Shown: piece by piece, positions 22,205 to 32,168 of the stretch
Layout: each line of letters starts with the position of its first letter
How positions within the stretch are numbered: the first letter of the stretch is position 1
NCBI GenBank assembly: GCA_027036735.1
Contig: JALWDU010000094.1
Span: 2,326 to 66,325, forward strand
Length of the DNA: 64,000 bases
Direction of reading: 5' to 3'
From: Aquificales bacterium
Lineage (GTDB): Bacteria > Aquificota > Aquificia > Aquificales > QOAS01
The notes under the pieces: generated by a model
Seen by the model: only the letters and a program-made list of their open reading frames with translations
What the model was told of the DNA's origin: nothing
Databases searched by the model: none
Made by a program: the position numbers and the translations under genes

Positions 22205-23080
22205 ATGGGTTTTTCCAAAAGAGGTTTACTCCTATTGGCGGGAGGGTTATCGATATTCCTCGCCTCCTGCGGTAAACCTACCGAAGCCGAGAAGGCGAAA
22301 GAGGCGCAAACAGCCTACGCCAAAGGTATTGAGCTTTACAGAAAGGGTGACTATGAAGGTGCCGCCGCCTATCTGCGAAAGGCTGAGGCGGGTATGGCTT
22401 ACCTCTCCCCCGAGCAGATTAGGGAACTCAAATACAAATTAGCCCTTTCCCTATACAGGGAGGGTAAATACGAGGACGCCATTCTCGAATTGGAGGATTA
22501 CATCTACTACTACCCGACCGCCCCCAACGTGGAGGAGGCTTATCTCTACCTCATAAAGGCTTATCTCAAGATTTCCCCCGACGCCTGGAGAGACCAAACC
22601 TACACCGAAAAGGCGTTAAAATTGGCGCAGGAATTCCTTCAAAAGTTCCCAAACAGCAAATATCTCCCCCAGGTGGAGGAGTTAATCGACGAGGCTAAGC
22701 GTAAATTGGCAAAGCATCAATATCTCATAGCGAAGTTTTACGAGGATTACGGCTATTATTACCCCGCCGCGGTGAGGTTCGAATACCTCCTCCTGACGTA
22801 TCCCAACTACATAAACACCCGCGATGTGCTCTTTCACTATATCAAAAACCTCTTTTTGGTGCCGAAATACGCTCAAAAGAAGGTCTCCTACTGGAGGGAG
22901 AAATACGGGGAACTCCAAAGGAGGATAGAGAACAAAGAGGTTTTAGACCCCAAGGCGGCGAAGAAACGCTTGGAGTTTTACAAAGAGCAAATCCAACGGT
23001 GGGAAAGGATTTCCGAGGAGTCGGTCAAAAAGGCGGAAGAAAATTTGAAAATTTATAAGGAACGTTTCGGTGAAGACTAA
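22205..23080 (+). CDS. bamD: outer membrane protein assembly factor BamD-like TPR lipoprotein
   Basis: Lipobox-like FLASCG. TPR-like repeats and the YxxAxxRF pattern (YYPAAVRFEYLL). Confidence 0.75.
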   Translation: MGFSKRGLLLLAGGLSIFLASCGKPTEAEKAKEAQTAYAKGIELYRKGDYEGAAAYLRKAEAGMAYLSPEQIRELKYKLALSLYREGKYEDAILELEDYIYYYPTAPNVEEAYLYLIKAYLKISPDAWRDQTYTEKALKLAQEFLQKFPNSKYLPQVEELIDEAKRKLAKHQYLIAKFYEDYGYYYPAAVRFEYLLLTYPNYINTRDVLFHYIKNLFLVPKYAQKKVSYWREKYGELQRRIENKEVLDPKAAKKRLEFYKEQIQRWERISEESVKKAEENLKIYKERFGED

Positions 23081-23091
23081 AATTGCAAAAA

Positions 23092-23137
23092 TTCCGCCAG
23101 AAAGCCCTTTGTTTTAGCTAAGGGATGAATGGCGGAA
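23092..23137. repeat. 46-nt imperfect palindrome at the left end of the TnpB element (copy 1)
   Basis: ttccgcca-N30-tggcggaa with an inner ccctt/aaggg stem. A reverse-complement copy lies at 57956-57997. Confidence 0.7.
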
Positions 23138-23182
23138 AAATTGATTTTCTCTCCTTTTGTTGATAAATAAAAACTTAAACCC

Positions 23183-24430
23183 ATGCAAATAACCCGTTTC
23201 CACATAATAACTCAGAAAATCCCCACTAAATACTATCCACTCCTAAATGAGCTTCAGTTGGAAGCGGGTAAAATTTGGTCGGATAGCCTTAACCTTTTCT
23301 TTGAACTGTTTAAACAAACAGGAAAAGCCCCTAAAAAATCTCAAATCCAAAAGCTTGTTAAATCCTCCCTTTTGCATTCACAAACCACCCAAGCCATTCA
23401 GGATAGGCTCTTTGGAGCTTTAAAAAGCTACTTCAAAAACAAAAAGCAAAATCCTTCTGCTAAACCTCCAAAACCGAGAAAGTTTTATAACCTCATCTGG
23501 AAAAACCAAGCTATCCGCTATAAAAACGGAAAAATTCTTTTGCCTCTGTCAAGAAAAAGCGGAATAACTCTGTCTATACCGCTTAGAAAGAGGAAAAGGG
23601 AGTATTTAGAGGAATTGTTAAGCTCTAGGGCTAAGATAAGACAAGCGGAAATAGTTTTTAAAGGCTTTGAATACCGGTTAATTTTGCTGGTTAAGGAAAC
23701 GGTTGAGATAAGCCCTCCCGATAGAAATAAGGTTGTAGCTCTGGATTTGGGAGAAATTCACCCATTTGTAAGCTTTGACGGGGAAGAAGTTTTAATTTGG
23801 AACGGAAGATTATTAAGGAGTTATAAACAGCTAAGGTTAAAGCTTATAGCCTTGAAACAAAAGCTATTGGCAAGAAAACAAAAAGGAAGCAGAAGGTGGA
23901 AAAAGATTAAAAGAAGCTTAGACAGACAAATAGTGAAGGTAGGGAGGAAAATAGAGGACTTAGAACACAAGCTAACGAGAGCATTTGTTAAATACTGCAA
24001 AGCCAAAGGGATAGGAACGGTGGTAATAGGGAAGTTAAAAGGAATAAGGGAAAGGGCAAAATACGGCAAGAACGCCAATCAAAAAATCCACTTAATGTGG
24101 AGGTTTAATAAGCTATTGCAAAAGTTGGGATATAAATTAGAGAACGAGGGCATAGTGGTGGTGAAAGAAGATGAGAGCTACACCACCCAACTATGTCCTA
24201 AATGTGGAAATAGACATAAGCCCAAAAACAGAAACTATGTCTGTCCTGCATGTGGCTTTAGCTACCATAGGGACGGGGTAGGTGCGATAAATCTATTTAG
24301 GAGGTTTATGGAAAAAGTATCGGGGAGCTTTAATCTCCCCGTAGATGGACTGACACGCCCTCGGGGTGTGAAATACTCCCCGAGTAGCTCAGGGTGGGTT
24401 CTACCTACCCTGAGAAACCCCCTGCTTTAG
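23183..24430 (+). mobile_element. tnpB: IS200/IS605-family TnpB (OrfB) RNA-guided nuclease gene, no tnpA
   Basis: 415 aa. RuvC-like VVALDLGEIHP (D), VVKEDESYTTQ (E), YHRDGVGAINL (D). Zn finger CPKCG...CPACG. Confidence 0.85.
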
Positions 24431-24445
24431 CGGGGGAGTGTCATA
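24290..24445 (+). ncRNA. predicted omegaRNA scaffold overlapping the tnpB 3' end / right end
   Basis: Consecutive hairpins: cggggag-N7-ctccccg, ctcgggg-N10-ccccgag, ctcagggt-N11-accctgag, ccccctgc-ttta-gcggggg. The boundaries are guesses. Confidence 0.4.
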
Positions 24446-24489
24446 AATTACTTTTAAAAATCTAAAAAAGAGGGAAGGGTAAAGCAGTC

Positions 24490-24828
24490 ATGGATAGAAA
24501 GGATTTTGTGAAGAAGATAGCAAAGATTTTGGACGACAAGAAGGCGGAAAACATTTCCGCTCTCGACGTTAGGGGGCTAACCTCCCTAGCCGATTACTTT
24601 GTGATAGCTTCGGCGGGTTCGGAAACCCACGCCCGCGCCCTCGCCGATTACGTTGAGGAGGAGATTAAAAAGCAAACCGGGGAGCTCCCCCACCACGTGG
24701 AGGGAAAGGAGTACAACCGCTGGTTGGTTCTCGACTACGGGGATGTAATAGTTCACGTAATGCTTCCGGAGGTTAGGGATTACTACGGTATAGACTGGCT
24801 TTGGGCGGATGCCAAAAAGGTGGATTGA
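24490..24828 (+). CDS. rsfS: ribosome silencing factor
   Basis: 112 aa. DYFVIASAGS..H..A, WVLLDYGDVIVHV-like motif (WLVLDYGDVIVHVM). Confidence 0.9.
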   Translation: MDRKDFVKKIAKILDDKKAENISALDVRGLTSLADYFVIASAGSETHARALADYVEEEIKKQTGELPHHVEGKEYNRWLVLDYGDVIVHVMLPEVRDYYGIDWLWADAKKVD

Positions 24829-25456
24829 GCGCCTCCTGTTCGCCGAAACATGCGCCCTATGTGGCGAACCGCTGGGCGCCTCTTCGGTCGTCTGCGACCG
24901 CTGTCTCCTATCCATCCACTCCCAACCGGAGGAAGACCTCCTATCAATCCCCTACCTGGACGGGTATAAAACCTTTACCCGCTACGGGGGGAGAGAGAAA
25001 AGACTACTCCACCTGGTGAAGTTTGAGGGTTTAAAACACCTCGCGAGGGAATTGGGTAGATTGATTTCCTCCCATTTGAGGGCTTATGTGGAACGCCTTT
25101 CACCCTCGGCGGTTGTTCCCGTTCCGACAAACCCCTTTAGGTATTGGTTTTTAAGGGGTTTCGACCCCGTTGAGGAGATGCTAAAGGAAACGGGCATTCC
25201 CTACCAAAGGTTAATAAAGAGGCGGTGGCTTTGGCGCAAACCGCTGTCGAAAGCCAAAGGGGTTGACGAACGCCGACGGCTCGTAAGGGGCGCCTTTACG
25301 TTGAAAGAGAAATACATTCCCCGCTTAAGCAGGGCTAGGATTTTGCTATTCGACGACGTTCTAACGAGCGGGGCAACCGCCTCCGAGCTGGCTTATATCC
25401 TAAAGAGTGTGGGGGTAGAGGAGGTCTACCTGTTTGCCGTCTTTAGACCCCGCTAG
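24809..25456 (+). CDS. ComF-family phosphoribosyltransferase-domain protein
   Basis: N-terminal Cys pairs CALCG...CDRC. PRTase motif LLFDDVLTSGAT. Confidence 0.75.
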   Translation: MPKRWIERLLFAETCALCGEPLGASSVVCDRCLLSIHSQPEEDLLSIPYLDGYKTFTRYGGREKRLLHLVKFEGLKHLARELGRLISSHLRAYVERLSPSAVVPVPTNPFRYWFLRGFDPVEEMLKETGIPYQRLIKRRWLWRKPLSKAKGVDERRRLVRGAFTLKEKYIPRLSRARILLFDDVLTSGATASELAYILKSVGVEEVYLFAVFRPR

Positions 25457-26318
25457 CGACTTTCCACGCCTTGTAGGAACTTCTGACCCACCTTCCAACA
25501 AAGGTGTATTTGAAACCGAGTTCCCCGGCGAGTTCCTTAATCCTTTCGAATTCCTCTTCGGTGTACTCCTTTACCACCTCCACCTGCCTTTTGGTGGGTT
25601 GGAGGTATTGACCCACCGTGAGGATATCGCACCCGGCTTCTCTAAGGTCTTCGAGCGTTTTCCTTATATCGTCCCAAGTTTCCCCCAAACCGACCATTAA
25701 ACCGCTCTTAGTCCATATATGGGGGTAGTTTTCCTTTGAATACCTCAATAGGTTTAAAGTCCACTCGTATCTCCCCCCGAGGCGGATTTTCGGATATAAC
25801 CTCTCGACGGTCTCTATGTTGCAGTTGAACACGAAGGGGTTTTCTCTCAAAACTGTATCCGCCAACCCGGTCTTTCCCCTAAAGTCAGGGGTGAGAACTT
25901 CGACCTTGGCGTCGGGAATCTCCCTTTTTATCTCCCTTATGCAGGCGGCAAAGTGGGAAGCCCCCCCGTCGGGCAGGTCGTCGCGCGTTACCGAGGTAAT
26001 CACCACATATTTAAGCCCAAGCTCCTTAACGGCTTTTGCGAGATTTTTGGGCTCCGCGGGGCTTAGGGGTTTCGGCGTTCCCTTCCTCACCGAGCAGTAG
26101 CGACACCCCCGCGTGCAGACATCCCCCATTATCAAAAAGGTGGCGGTTCGGTTGGCGAAACACTCACCTATATTGGGGCATTTGCTCTCCTCACACACCG
26201 TGTGGAGTTTTCCCCTTCTCAAGACCCTCTTTACGTCGGATAGAAGGGACAACCTTATGGGTTTCTTTTTTCTTATGGATTCCCTCGACATGGATAGGGA
26301 GATAAAGTTTAAACGCAC
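25443..26318 (-). CDS. lipA: lipoyl synthase
   Basis: CEESKCPNIGEC and radical-SAM CTRGCRYC motifs. The real start may be Met10 (26291). Confidence 0.92.
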   Translation of the reverse strand: MRLNFISLSMSRESIRKKKPIRLSLLSDVKRVLRRGKLHTVCEESKCPNIGECFANRTATFLIMGDVCTRGCRYCSVRKGTPKPLSPAEPKNLAKAVKELGLKYVVITSVTRDDLPDGGASHFAACIREIKREIPDAKVEVLTPDFRGKTGLADTVLRENPFVFNCNIETVERLYPKIRLGGRYEWTLNLLRYSKENYPHIWTKSGLMVGLGETWDDIRKTLEDLREAGCDILTVGQYLQPTKRQVEVVKEYTEEEFERIKELAGELGFKYTFVGRWVRSSYKAWKVASGV

Positions 26319-26394
26319 CCTTTTAGAGGTTCTTTAAAAGTTGCTTATCCGCCTCCGGTTTTTAAATTCCCTTAATCCAAAGGGAGGTTAAAAA

Positions 26395-26898
26395 ATGAGA
26401 CATCCCAAAAGTGTGGAACTTCTAAATAGGGCGATACAGGAGGAGGAAACCGCACTCCACCAATACATGTACTTCCACTTCGTCTTGAGCGATATGGGTT
26501 ACGAGATGCTCGCTAACCTCTTCAAAAGGATAGCTATAGAGGAGATGCGCCACGTGGAGGCTTTCGCCGAACGTATACTCTTTTTGGGCGGAGAGGTCGA
26601 ACTCGGAAAGTTGGCAAAACCGGTGCAGAGGATTACCGACCCCAAGGAGATGCTCGAGTGGGCGATGGCGAGCGAGAGCGAGGCGATAGAACTCTATTCC
26701 AAATGGGCGGTGGAAGTGGTTGCGGAGGATAGGGATATAGGGACGGAACAGCTGTTTAAAAAGGTTGTGCTGGACGAGGAGAGACATTTCGACCTATTTG
26801 AGAGGGAATTTTTAAACCTACAAAAGTTTGGAAACCAATACCTCGCCCAACAGGCTATGGAGACGAGCCGCCGATTGGGGGAAACTTCGAAGGGTTGA
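26395..26898 (+). CDS. bacterioferritin-like ferritin-family protein
   Basis: Di-iron ligand pattern E..ALHQY, EEMRHVE, E..H. 167 aa. Confidence 0.75.
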   Translation: MRHPKSVELLNRAIQEEETALHQYMYFHFVLSDMGYEMLANLFKRIAIEEMRHVEAFAERILFLGGEVELGKLAKPVQRITDPKEMLEWAMASESEAIELYSKWAVEVVAEDRDIGTEQLFKKVVLDEERHFDLFEREFLNLQKFGNQYLAQQAMETSRRLGETSKG

Positions 26899-27060
26899 AA
26901 CCCCTATTTATTCCCCCTTTCGGTCTTTATTTTCAACCCCCGTTTGGGTTGGATTTTCGGTAAAGTTCCCAAAATTGTTGTTTAAAACAAGGGTATAAAA
27001 CCCAATATTGACATAAAAACCCTTCGAAGTCCCCTTGCAGTTTTGATTTATTAGAAGCGT

Positions 27061-27384
27061 ATGAAGTTCAAACACGTTTTGGTCTGTATGGCGAGGAAAC
27101 CCAACCCTATGATGCCCTCCTGCGGTTCAAAGGGAGCCGACCAGGTTGCCATGAAATTCCAAGAGGAGCTTATGAAGAGGGGTCTGCAAAACGTTCTACT
27201 TTCGGTTACCGGTTGCCTCGGAGCCTGCGAAATGGGTCCCGTAGTCGTCGTATATCCCGACGGGGTGTGGTATGGAAATGTGAAACCGGAAGATGTTGAG
27301 GAAATTGTCGAAAAGCACATTTTGGGCGGTCAACCGGTCGAGAGGTTGAGGATTACCCACCCCATAGAGCAGATGGGCGTTTAA
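27061..27384 (+). CDS. thioredoxin-like [2Fe-2S] ferredoxin
   Basis: CGSKGA ... CLGACEMGPVVVVYPDGVWYGNV, typical of the Aquifex Fd4-type family. Confidence 0.85.
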   Translation: MKFKHVLVCMARKPNPMMPSCGSKGADQVAMKFQEELMKRGLQNVLLSVTGCLGACEMGPVVVVYPDGVWYGNVKPEDVEEIVEKHILGGQPVERLRITHPIEQMGV

Positions 27385-27424
27385 AATTTGACAGACATCC
27401 CTTTTTTGCCTTTATTTCATCTTT

Positions 27425-27961
27425 ATGAACCTCTTACTGGTCTGGGGATTGATACTCATATTGCTCGGAATTGCGGCTATAGTAGCCCCCTACTATTTCG
27501 CCGTGGGTTCGGTCTTATTTTTTGGCGCCCTGATGTTTACCGCCGGACTTATGTGGGTCTTTTACAACCTAACCAGCCGCCACAAGGGAGCCGGTGGATG
27601 GCTTAAGCCCCTGATACTGGTTATAACCGGCTTACTCTTTATGCTCTTTCCCGAACAGAGCCTGCTCGTTATGGCGGCGTTTTTGTTGGTCTATCTCCTC
27701 GTGGACGCCTTTGCAAACCTCTACCTGGGTTTGGAGTATAGGGGGAAGCTCTCCAGTTGGTTTTTGATGCTCCTAAACGGACTTTTAGACCTCGTTTTGG
27801 CGGGGATATTGCTCTACTTTATGGGTCAACCCAAACTCTTGGCTTGGTTGATAGGTATTCTCATAGGGGTTAGCCTGTTGGTGGACGGAATATTTGCCCT
27901 CTGGTTCGGCTGGCGTCTAAAGGTCTATTACGACAAATACAGGAGACTTTTGGAGGGTTAA
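27425..27961 (+). CDS. HdeD/DUF308-like membrane protein
   Basis: 178 aa, about 6 TM helices with repeated G-rich helix pattern. Confidence 0.6.
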   Translation: MNLLLVWGLILILLGIAAIVAPYYFAVGSVLFFGALMFTAGLMWVFYNLTSRHKGAGGWLKPLILVITGLLFMLFPEQSLLVMAAFLLVYLLVDAFANLYLGLEYRGKLSSWFLMLLNGLLDLVLAGILLYFMGQPKLLAWLIGILIGVSLLVDGIFALWFGWRLKVYYDKYRRLLEG

Positions 27962-27998
27962 AAGGAAGCCCGCCGCTTCGCGGCGGGGATTTTATTTC

Positions 27999-29528
27999 TT
28001 AGTGTTTGAAATGTCTCATACCGGTGAAGACCATAGCGGCGCCGTGCTCGTCGCAAGCCTCTATAACCTCTTTGTCCCTTATCGAACCGCCCGGTTGGAT
28101 AAAGGCGGTAATACCTTCGGCGGTCGCTATATCCACGCTATCGCGGAAGGGGAAGAAGGCGTCCGAAGCTACCACCGCACCCGTTAGGTCTTTTTCAAAC
28201 TCCTTAGCCTTTTGAATTGCGAGCTTTAGCGCATCGACGCGGGAGGTCAGCCCCATACCTATACCGAGGGTCTGCCCGTCCTTGGCTATAACTATCGCGT
28301 TAGATTTGACGTGCTTTACAACCCTCCACGCGAATAACAGGTCTTTCATCTCCCTCTCGGAGAGTTTCCTTTTGGTCACCACTTTGAGTTCTTTGTAAAG
28401 TTCGGTATCCTCATCTTGGAGCAAAAATCCACCGGAAACCTTTTTGAGGTCTCTCCACACGCTCCTTCCCATATAGCGGATAACCCTCAAATTCTTTTTC
28501 TTCGAGAGGATTTGCAGGGCTAAGGGGTCGTAATCGGGGGCGACGACTATCTCGAGGAAAATCTTTGTAAGCTCTTCGGCGGTTTCGGGGTCAACCTTAT
28601 CGTTGAAGGCGACAATCCCGCCGAAAGCGGAAACGGGGTCTCCCTCCAACGCCCTCAGGTATGCCTCCTTAACGCTATTTCCCACAGCCACGCCGCAGGG
28701 ATTGGTGTGCTTTATTATCGCGCAGGCGGTCTCGGGAATTTCGGACACGAGCTTGGCGGCGCTGTCGGCGTCGAGGTAGTTGTTAAAGGACATCTTTTTC
28801 CCCTGAAGAACCTCCGCCTTAACGATACCCAAATCCTCCAAGGGGTTTTCGAAAAGCCAACCCCTCTGGTGGGGGTTTTCCCCGTAGCGGAGTTCCTCTT
28901 TGAGTTTCATGGGAACGGTTTCCTCTTTGAGGTTCTCTTCGAATTCCGTTAGACCTTTAAGGGTGTTGTAAATAACGCTGTCGTAGTAGGAGGTGTGGGC
29001 GAAAGCTTTAACCGCCAAGCGGGCGCGGTCTTCTTCGGTCAACTCACCCTTCTTTAGCTTTTCGATAAACCAATCGTAGTCTTGGGGGTCGGTTAAAACA
29101 CTCACCCGGGGGAAGTTCTTAGCCGCCGCCCTTATAAGGGTGGGACCCCCTATGTCTATAAACTCCAAAAGTTCCTTTAAAGGAAGGTCTTCTTTACTCT
29201 TTTCCTCAAAGGGGTAGAGGTTTACGACCACAACCTCGATTGGTTCTATACCGAGCTCCTCCAATTGTTTTTTATCCCTTTCAACCCAATCGCGGTAGAG
29301 AATTCCTCCGTGAACCTTGGGGTGGAGGGTTTTAACCCTTCCGTCCAAAATTTCGGGAAAACCGGTTATCTCGCTCACCTCGACAACCGGAATACCCCTT
29401 TCCCTCAAAAAGCGCGCCGTTCCGCCGCTGGAGACTATCTTATAGCCCAGCCCGTGAAGTTCCTTTGCGAGTTTATCCACACCCTCTTTGTTCCAAACCG
29501 ATATAAGGGCGATACCTTTGGAGGACAT
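27999..29528 (-). CDS. purH: bifunctional AICAR transformylase / IMP cyclohydrolase
   Basis: 509 aa. [27 protein letters not shown] and IQPGGSIRD motifs. Confidence 0.95.
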   Translation of the reverse strand: MSSKGIALISVWNKEGVDKLAKELHGLGYKIVSSGGTARFLRERGIPVVEVSEITGFPEILDGRVKTLHPKVHGGILYRDWVERDKKQLEELGIEPIEVVVVNLYPFEEKSKEDLPLKELLEFIDIGGPTLIRAAAKNFPRVSVLTDPQDYDWFIEKLKKGELTEEDRARLAVKAFAHTSYYDSVIYNTLKGLTEFEENLKEETVPMKLKEELRYGENPHQRGWLFENPLEDLGIVKAEVLQGKKMSFNNYLDADSAAKLVSEIPETACAIIKHTNPCGVAVGNSVKEAYLRALEGDPVSAFGGIVAFNDKVDPETAEELTKIFLEIVVAPDYDPLALQILSKKKNLRVIRYMGRSVWRDLKKVSGGFLLQDEDTELYKELKVVTKRKLSEREMKDLLFAWRVVKHVKSNAIVIAKDGQTLGIGMGLTSRVDALKLAIQKAKEFEKDLTGAVVASDAFFPFRDSVDIATAEGITAFIQPGGSIRDKEVIEACDEHGAAMVFTGMRHFKH

Positions 29529-29588
29529 GGAGTTTTAATTCTCCACAAAGGGGTATGAGGAGAAGGAAAAAACCCCGAAAGGGGGAAA

Positions 29589-31001
29589 TTATTTGACGAG
29601 AGAACCGAGCCTGAATATGGGTAGATACAGAGCTATTAGTATGAAACCGATAACACCACCGATAACCACTATCATAATAGGCTCTATCATCGAAATGAGA
29701 GCTTCTATTGCCGCTTTTAGCTCGTCGTCGTAAAAATCAGCCAAGCTTTCGAGCATCGCATCCAAACGACCGGTCTCCTCACCAACCCTAAGCATAGAAA
29801 CGAAGATTTTGGGAAACTTTCCCGTCTCCTGGAAGGCTTTCCACACGGGTTCACCGAAGACTATACTTGTCCTTACCGTAGCTATTGCCTCTTGATAGAT
29901 AACATTTCCAACAACTCTTGCCGATAGTTCCAAAGACCTTTCAATGGAAACACCGGAGGCAAACAGGGTTGCAAAAGTCCGCGAGAATTTAGCCAAAATA
30001 CCCTTCAGGAAAACGGGACCCAATAGGGGCAGTTTCAACTGAATCCAATGAACGGCTTTTCTAAATCCATAAACATACCTGTATAGAAAGATATAAGTTG
30101 CAACAACCACTATCACGCCCAATAGGAGCCATATAAAGTTTCTCTTTAGCCATTGGGAGGCATCTAGCACAGCCTGGGTGAGGGCGGGAAGTTCTCCACC
30201 GAATGCGTGATAAATTTCCGCAAATTTGGGAACGAGGAAGTAGAGAATACCGAGCGTTATCGCGGTAGCCGTAACGGTAACAAATGCGGGGTAAAAGGAT
30301 GCCGATTTAATCCTGTTTATAATTTCGCTAATTCCCTTGTAGTAATCCGCAATCCTACGGAGAACCAGGTCTAATTGACCCGTTTCCTCGCCAACTTCAA
30401 TCATACTTACAAAGAATTCATCCAATTTTTTTATTCTTCTTCTTAATGCCCGCGAGAGCGATACCCCACCTTTAATCTCCTCGGCAACTTTTGGAAGTTC
30501 CCTTTTAAGGTAAGGATTATCAATGGAATCCGCCACCAATTCCAAGGCTTCAACAATACCAACACCCGCCTCGATTAGAGCCGCCAACTCCCTCGCAAAA
30601 AGGGATAAATCTTTCGAAGATAATTTCTCGGAAAAAAAGCTTATAGTTAATCCCTTTCTTTCAGTGTAAGGAATAGCCTCTATTGTTGTTTCGACTATAG
30701 GCTCTTTTCGTTCCTCTGCGGCTGAAGTTTGCCGCCGGTGACCCCGCCTTTGTCGGGCAATACTTTTTCCTTCTCCTTCCCCTCCCCCTTCCTCGGAGGA
30801 TTTCTCTTCCTCTTCTTCCTTTGAAGGGGTTAAAGTAAATGTTTCCTCTTCGGGTTCCTTTATAGGGGATTCTTTTAATTCTATCACGACGAGGTCATTT
30901 TCCACTAGTTTTTTAAAAGCCTCTTTTCTATCTTTTGCCTTCAATAAACTTTTTATTCTTTTTCCCGAGGGGTCAACGGCAACAAATTCAAAGAAAGGCA
31001 T
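29589..31001 (-). CDS. pilC: type IV pilus assembly / T2SS platform protein (PilC/GspF family) with acidic-basic low-complexity insert
   Basis: Two GspF repeats (GxSLSxAL..., EETG.LD). Inserted EEEEEKSSEEGGGEGEG...RRGHRRQ segment after the first about 45 aa. Confidence 0.85.
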   Translation of the reverse strand: MPFFEFVAVDPSGKRIKSLLKAKDRKEAFKKLVENDLVVIELKESPIKEPEEETFTLTPSKEEEEEKSSEEGGGEGEGKSIARQRRGHRRQTSAAEERKEPIVETTIEAIPYTERKGLTISFFSEKLSSKDLSLFARELAALIEAGVGIVEALELVADSIDNPYLKRELPKVAEEIKGGVSLSRALRRRIKKLDEFFVSMIEVGEETGQLDLVLRRIADYYKGISEIINRIKSASFYPAFVTVTATAITLGILYFLVPKFAEIYHAFGGELPALTQAVLDASQWLKRNFIWLLLGVIVVVATYIFLYRYVYGFRKAVHWIQLKLPLLGPVFLKGILAKFSRTFATLFASGVSIERSLELSARVVGNVIYQEAIATVRTSIVFGEPVWKAFQETGKFPKIFVSMLRVGEETGRLDAMLESLADFYDDELKAAIEALISMIEPIMIVVIGGVIGFILIALYLPIFRLGSLVK

Positions 31002-31004
31002 GGA

Positions 31005-32093
31005 TTAAACCTCCCCTATTAATTTAGCCACTTGTGCTATTGGTATTCTAAGAATTTTTGCCAACTCTATGGGGTCTGGTGAATATCTAAATGCATCTTG
31101 AATAGTTATCAATCCATCTCTGTAAAGCCTGGCGAGGGATTGGTTCATCGTCTGCATACCGGTTTCCGACTGCCCACTCTGCATTAGGGCGTATACCTGC
31201 TGCAATTTGTTTTCCCTTATGAGGTTTCGAATGGCGTTATTCAGTATCAGCAATTCGTAAGCCAAAACCCTACCGCCGCCTATGCGCGGCACCAACCTCT
31301 GAGATATAACGCCGACAAGGGTAAAGGAGAGTTGAACCCTAATCTGCTCCTGCTTTTCGGAGGGAAAAACGTCGACTATACGGGTGATTGTTGATATGGC
31401 GGTATTGGTGTGGAGGGTTCCGAATACCAGGTGACCGGTTTCGGCAGCCCTTAGGGCGGTTTCTATGGTTTCGGTATCCCTCATCTCACCGACCATAATT
31501 ACGTCGGGGTCTTCGCGGAGTGCCGCCCTAAGTGCCTGGTTGAAATCGGGCGCGTCGACCCCCACCTCCCTCTGGTTGACTATTCCCTTTTTGTGGTGGA
31601 AGACGTATTCGATGGGGTCTTCGATGGTCAAAACGTGGTGTGGAAAGTTCTCGAGGATGTAGTTAATCATTGCGGCGAGGGTTGTCGATTTACCCGAACC
31701 GGTGGGACCCGTAACCAGCACCAAACCCATCGACTTGTGGCAGAGTTCTATTATGTTGTCGGGTAGACCCAACTCCCGGTGGTTGGGGATGCGGCTGGGG
31801 AGAGACCTCAAAACCCCCGCAATCGTTCCCCGTTGATAGAAGACGTTAACCCTAAACCGTCCGACGCCGGGTATACCGAAAGAGAAGTCTACCTGCCCCC
31901 GCTCCTCGAGCTCCTTACGGTAGCGTTCCTTCATTATGCCGAATAGGAGCTGTTTGGTCAGGTCGGGGGTGAGAACGGGAAAGTTCTTCAGTTCCCGAAT
32001 CATTCCGTCAACCCTAACGCGGGGGCGACTCTCCACCGTTATATGTATATCGGAAGCCCGCTGTTTCACCGCTTCCCGTAGAATATCTGTCAT
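31005..32093 (-). CDS. pilT: twitching-motility ATPase PilT
   Basis: Walker A GPTGSGKST, Asp/His boxes, MQTMNQSL. Start set at MTDILREAV by family pattern; the listed start would abut hldD by 3 nt. Confidence 0.9.
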   Translation of the reverse strand: MTDILREAVKQRASDIHITVESRPRVRVDGMIRELKNFPVLTPDLTKQLLFGIMKERYRKELEERGQVDFSFGIPGVGRFRVNVFYQRGTIAGVLRSLPSRIPNHRELGLPDNIIELCHKSMGLVLVTGPTGSGKSTTLAAMINYILENFPHHVLTIEDPIEYVFHHKKGIVNQREVGVDAPDFNQALRAALREDPDVIMVGEMRDTETIETALRAAETGHLVFGTLHTNTAISTITRIVDVFPSEKQEQIRVQLSFTLVGVISQRLVPRIGGGRVLAYELLILNNAIRNLIRENKLQQVYALMQSGQSETGMQTMNQSLARLYRDGLITIQDAFRYSPDPIELAKILRIPIAQVAKLIGEV

Positions 32094-32168
32094 AGAAACC
32101 CTATTCGTAATCATTAACCGCAGCCTCCCTCGGTAATTTACTACTGCTATTTTAAAATTTCCCATTCC

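Noticed and set aside
22129-22218. Longer hemE start (MEKPISVRYHILTF…), which would overlap the divergent bamD start.
   Set aside because: The extension has no counterpart in HemE proteins. Met31 immediately precedes the conserved PVWLMRQAGRY region and leaves room for divergent promoters.
32094-32165. Longer pilT start, 3 nt from the divergent hldD ATG.
   Set aside because: The family-typical N-terminus begins at MTDILREAV. The extension leaves no promoter space.
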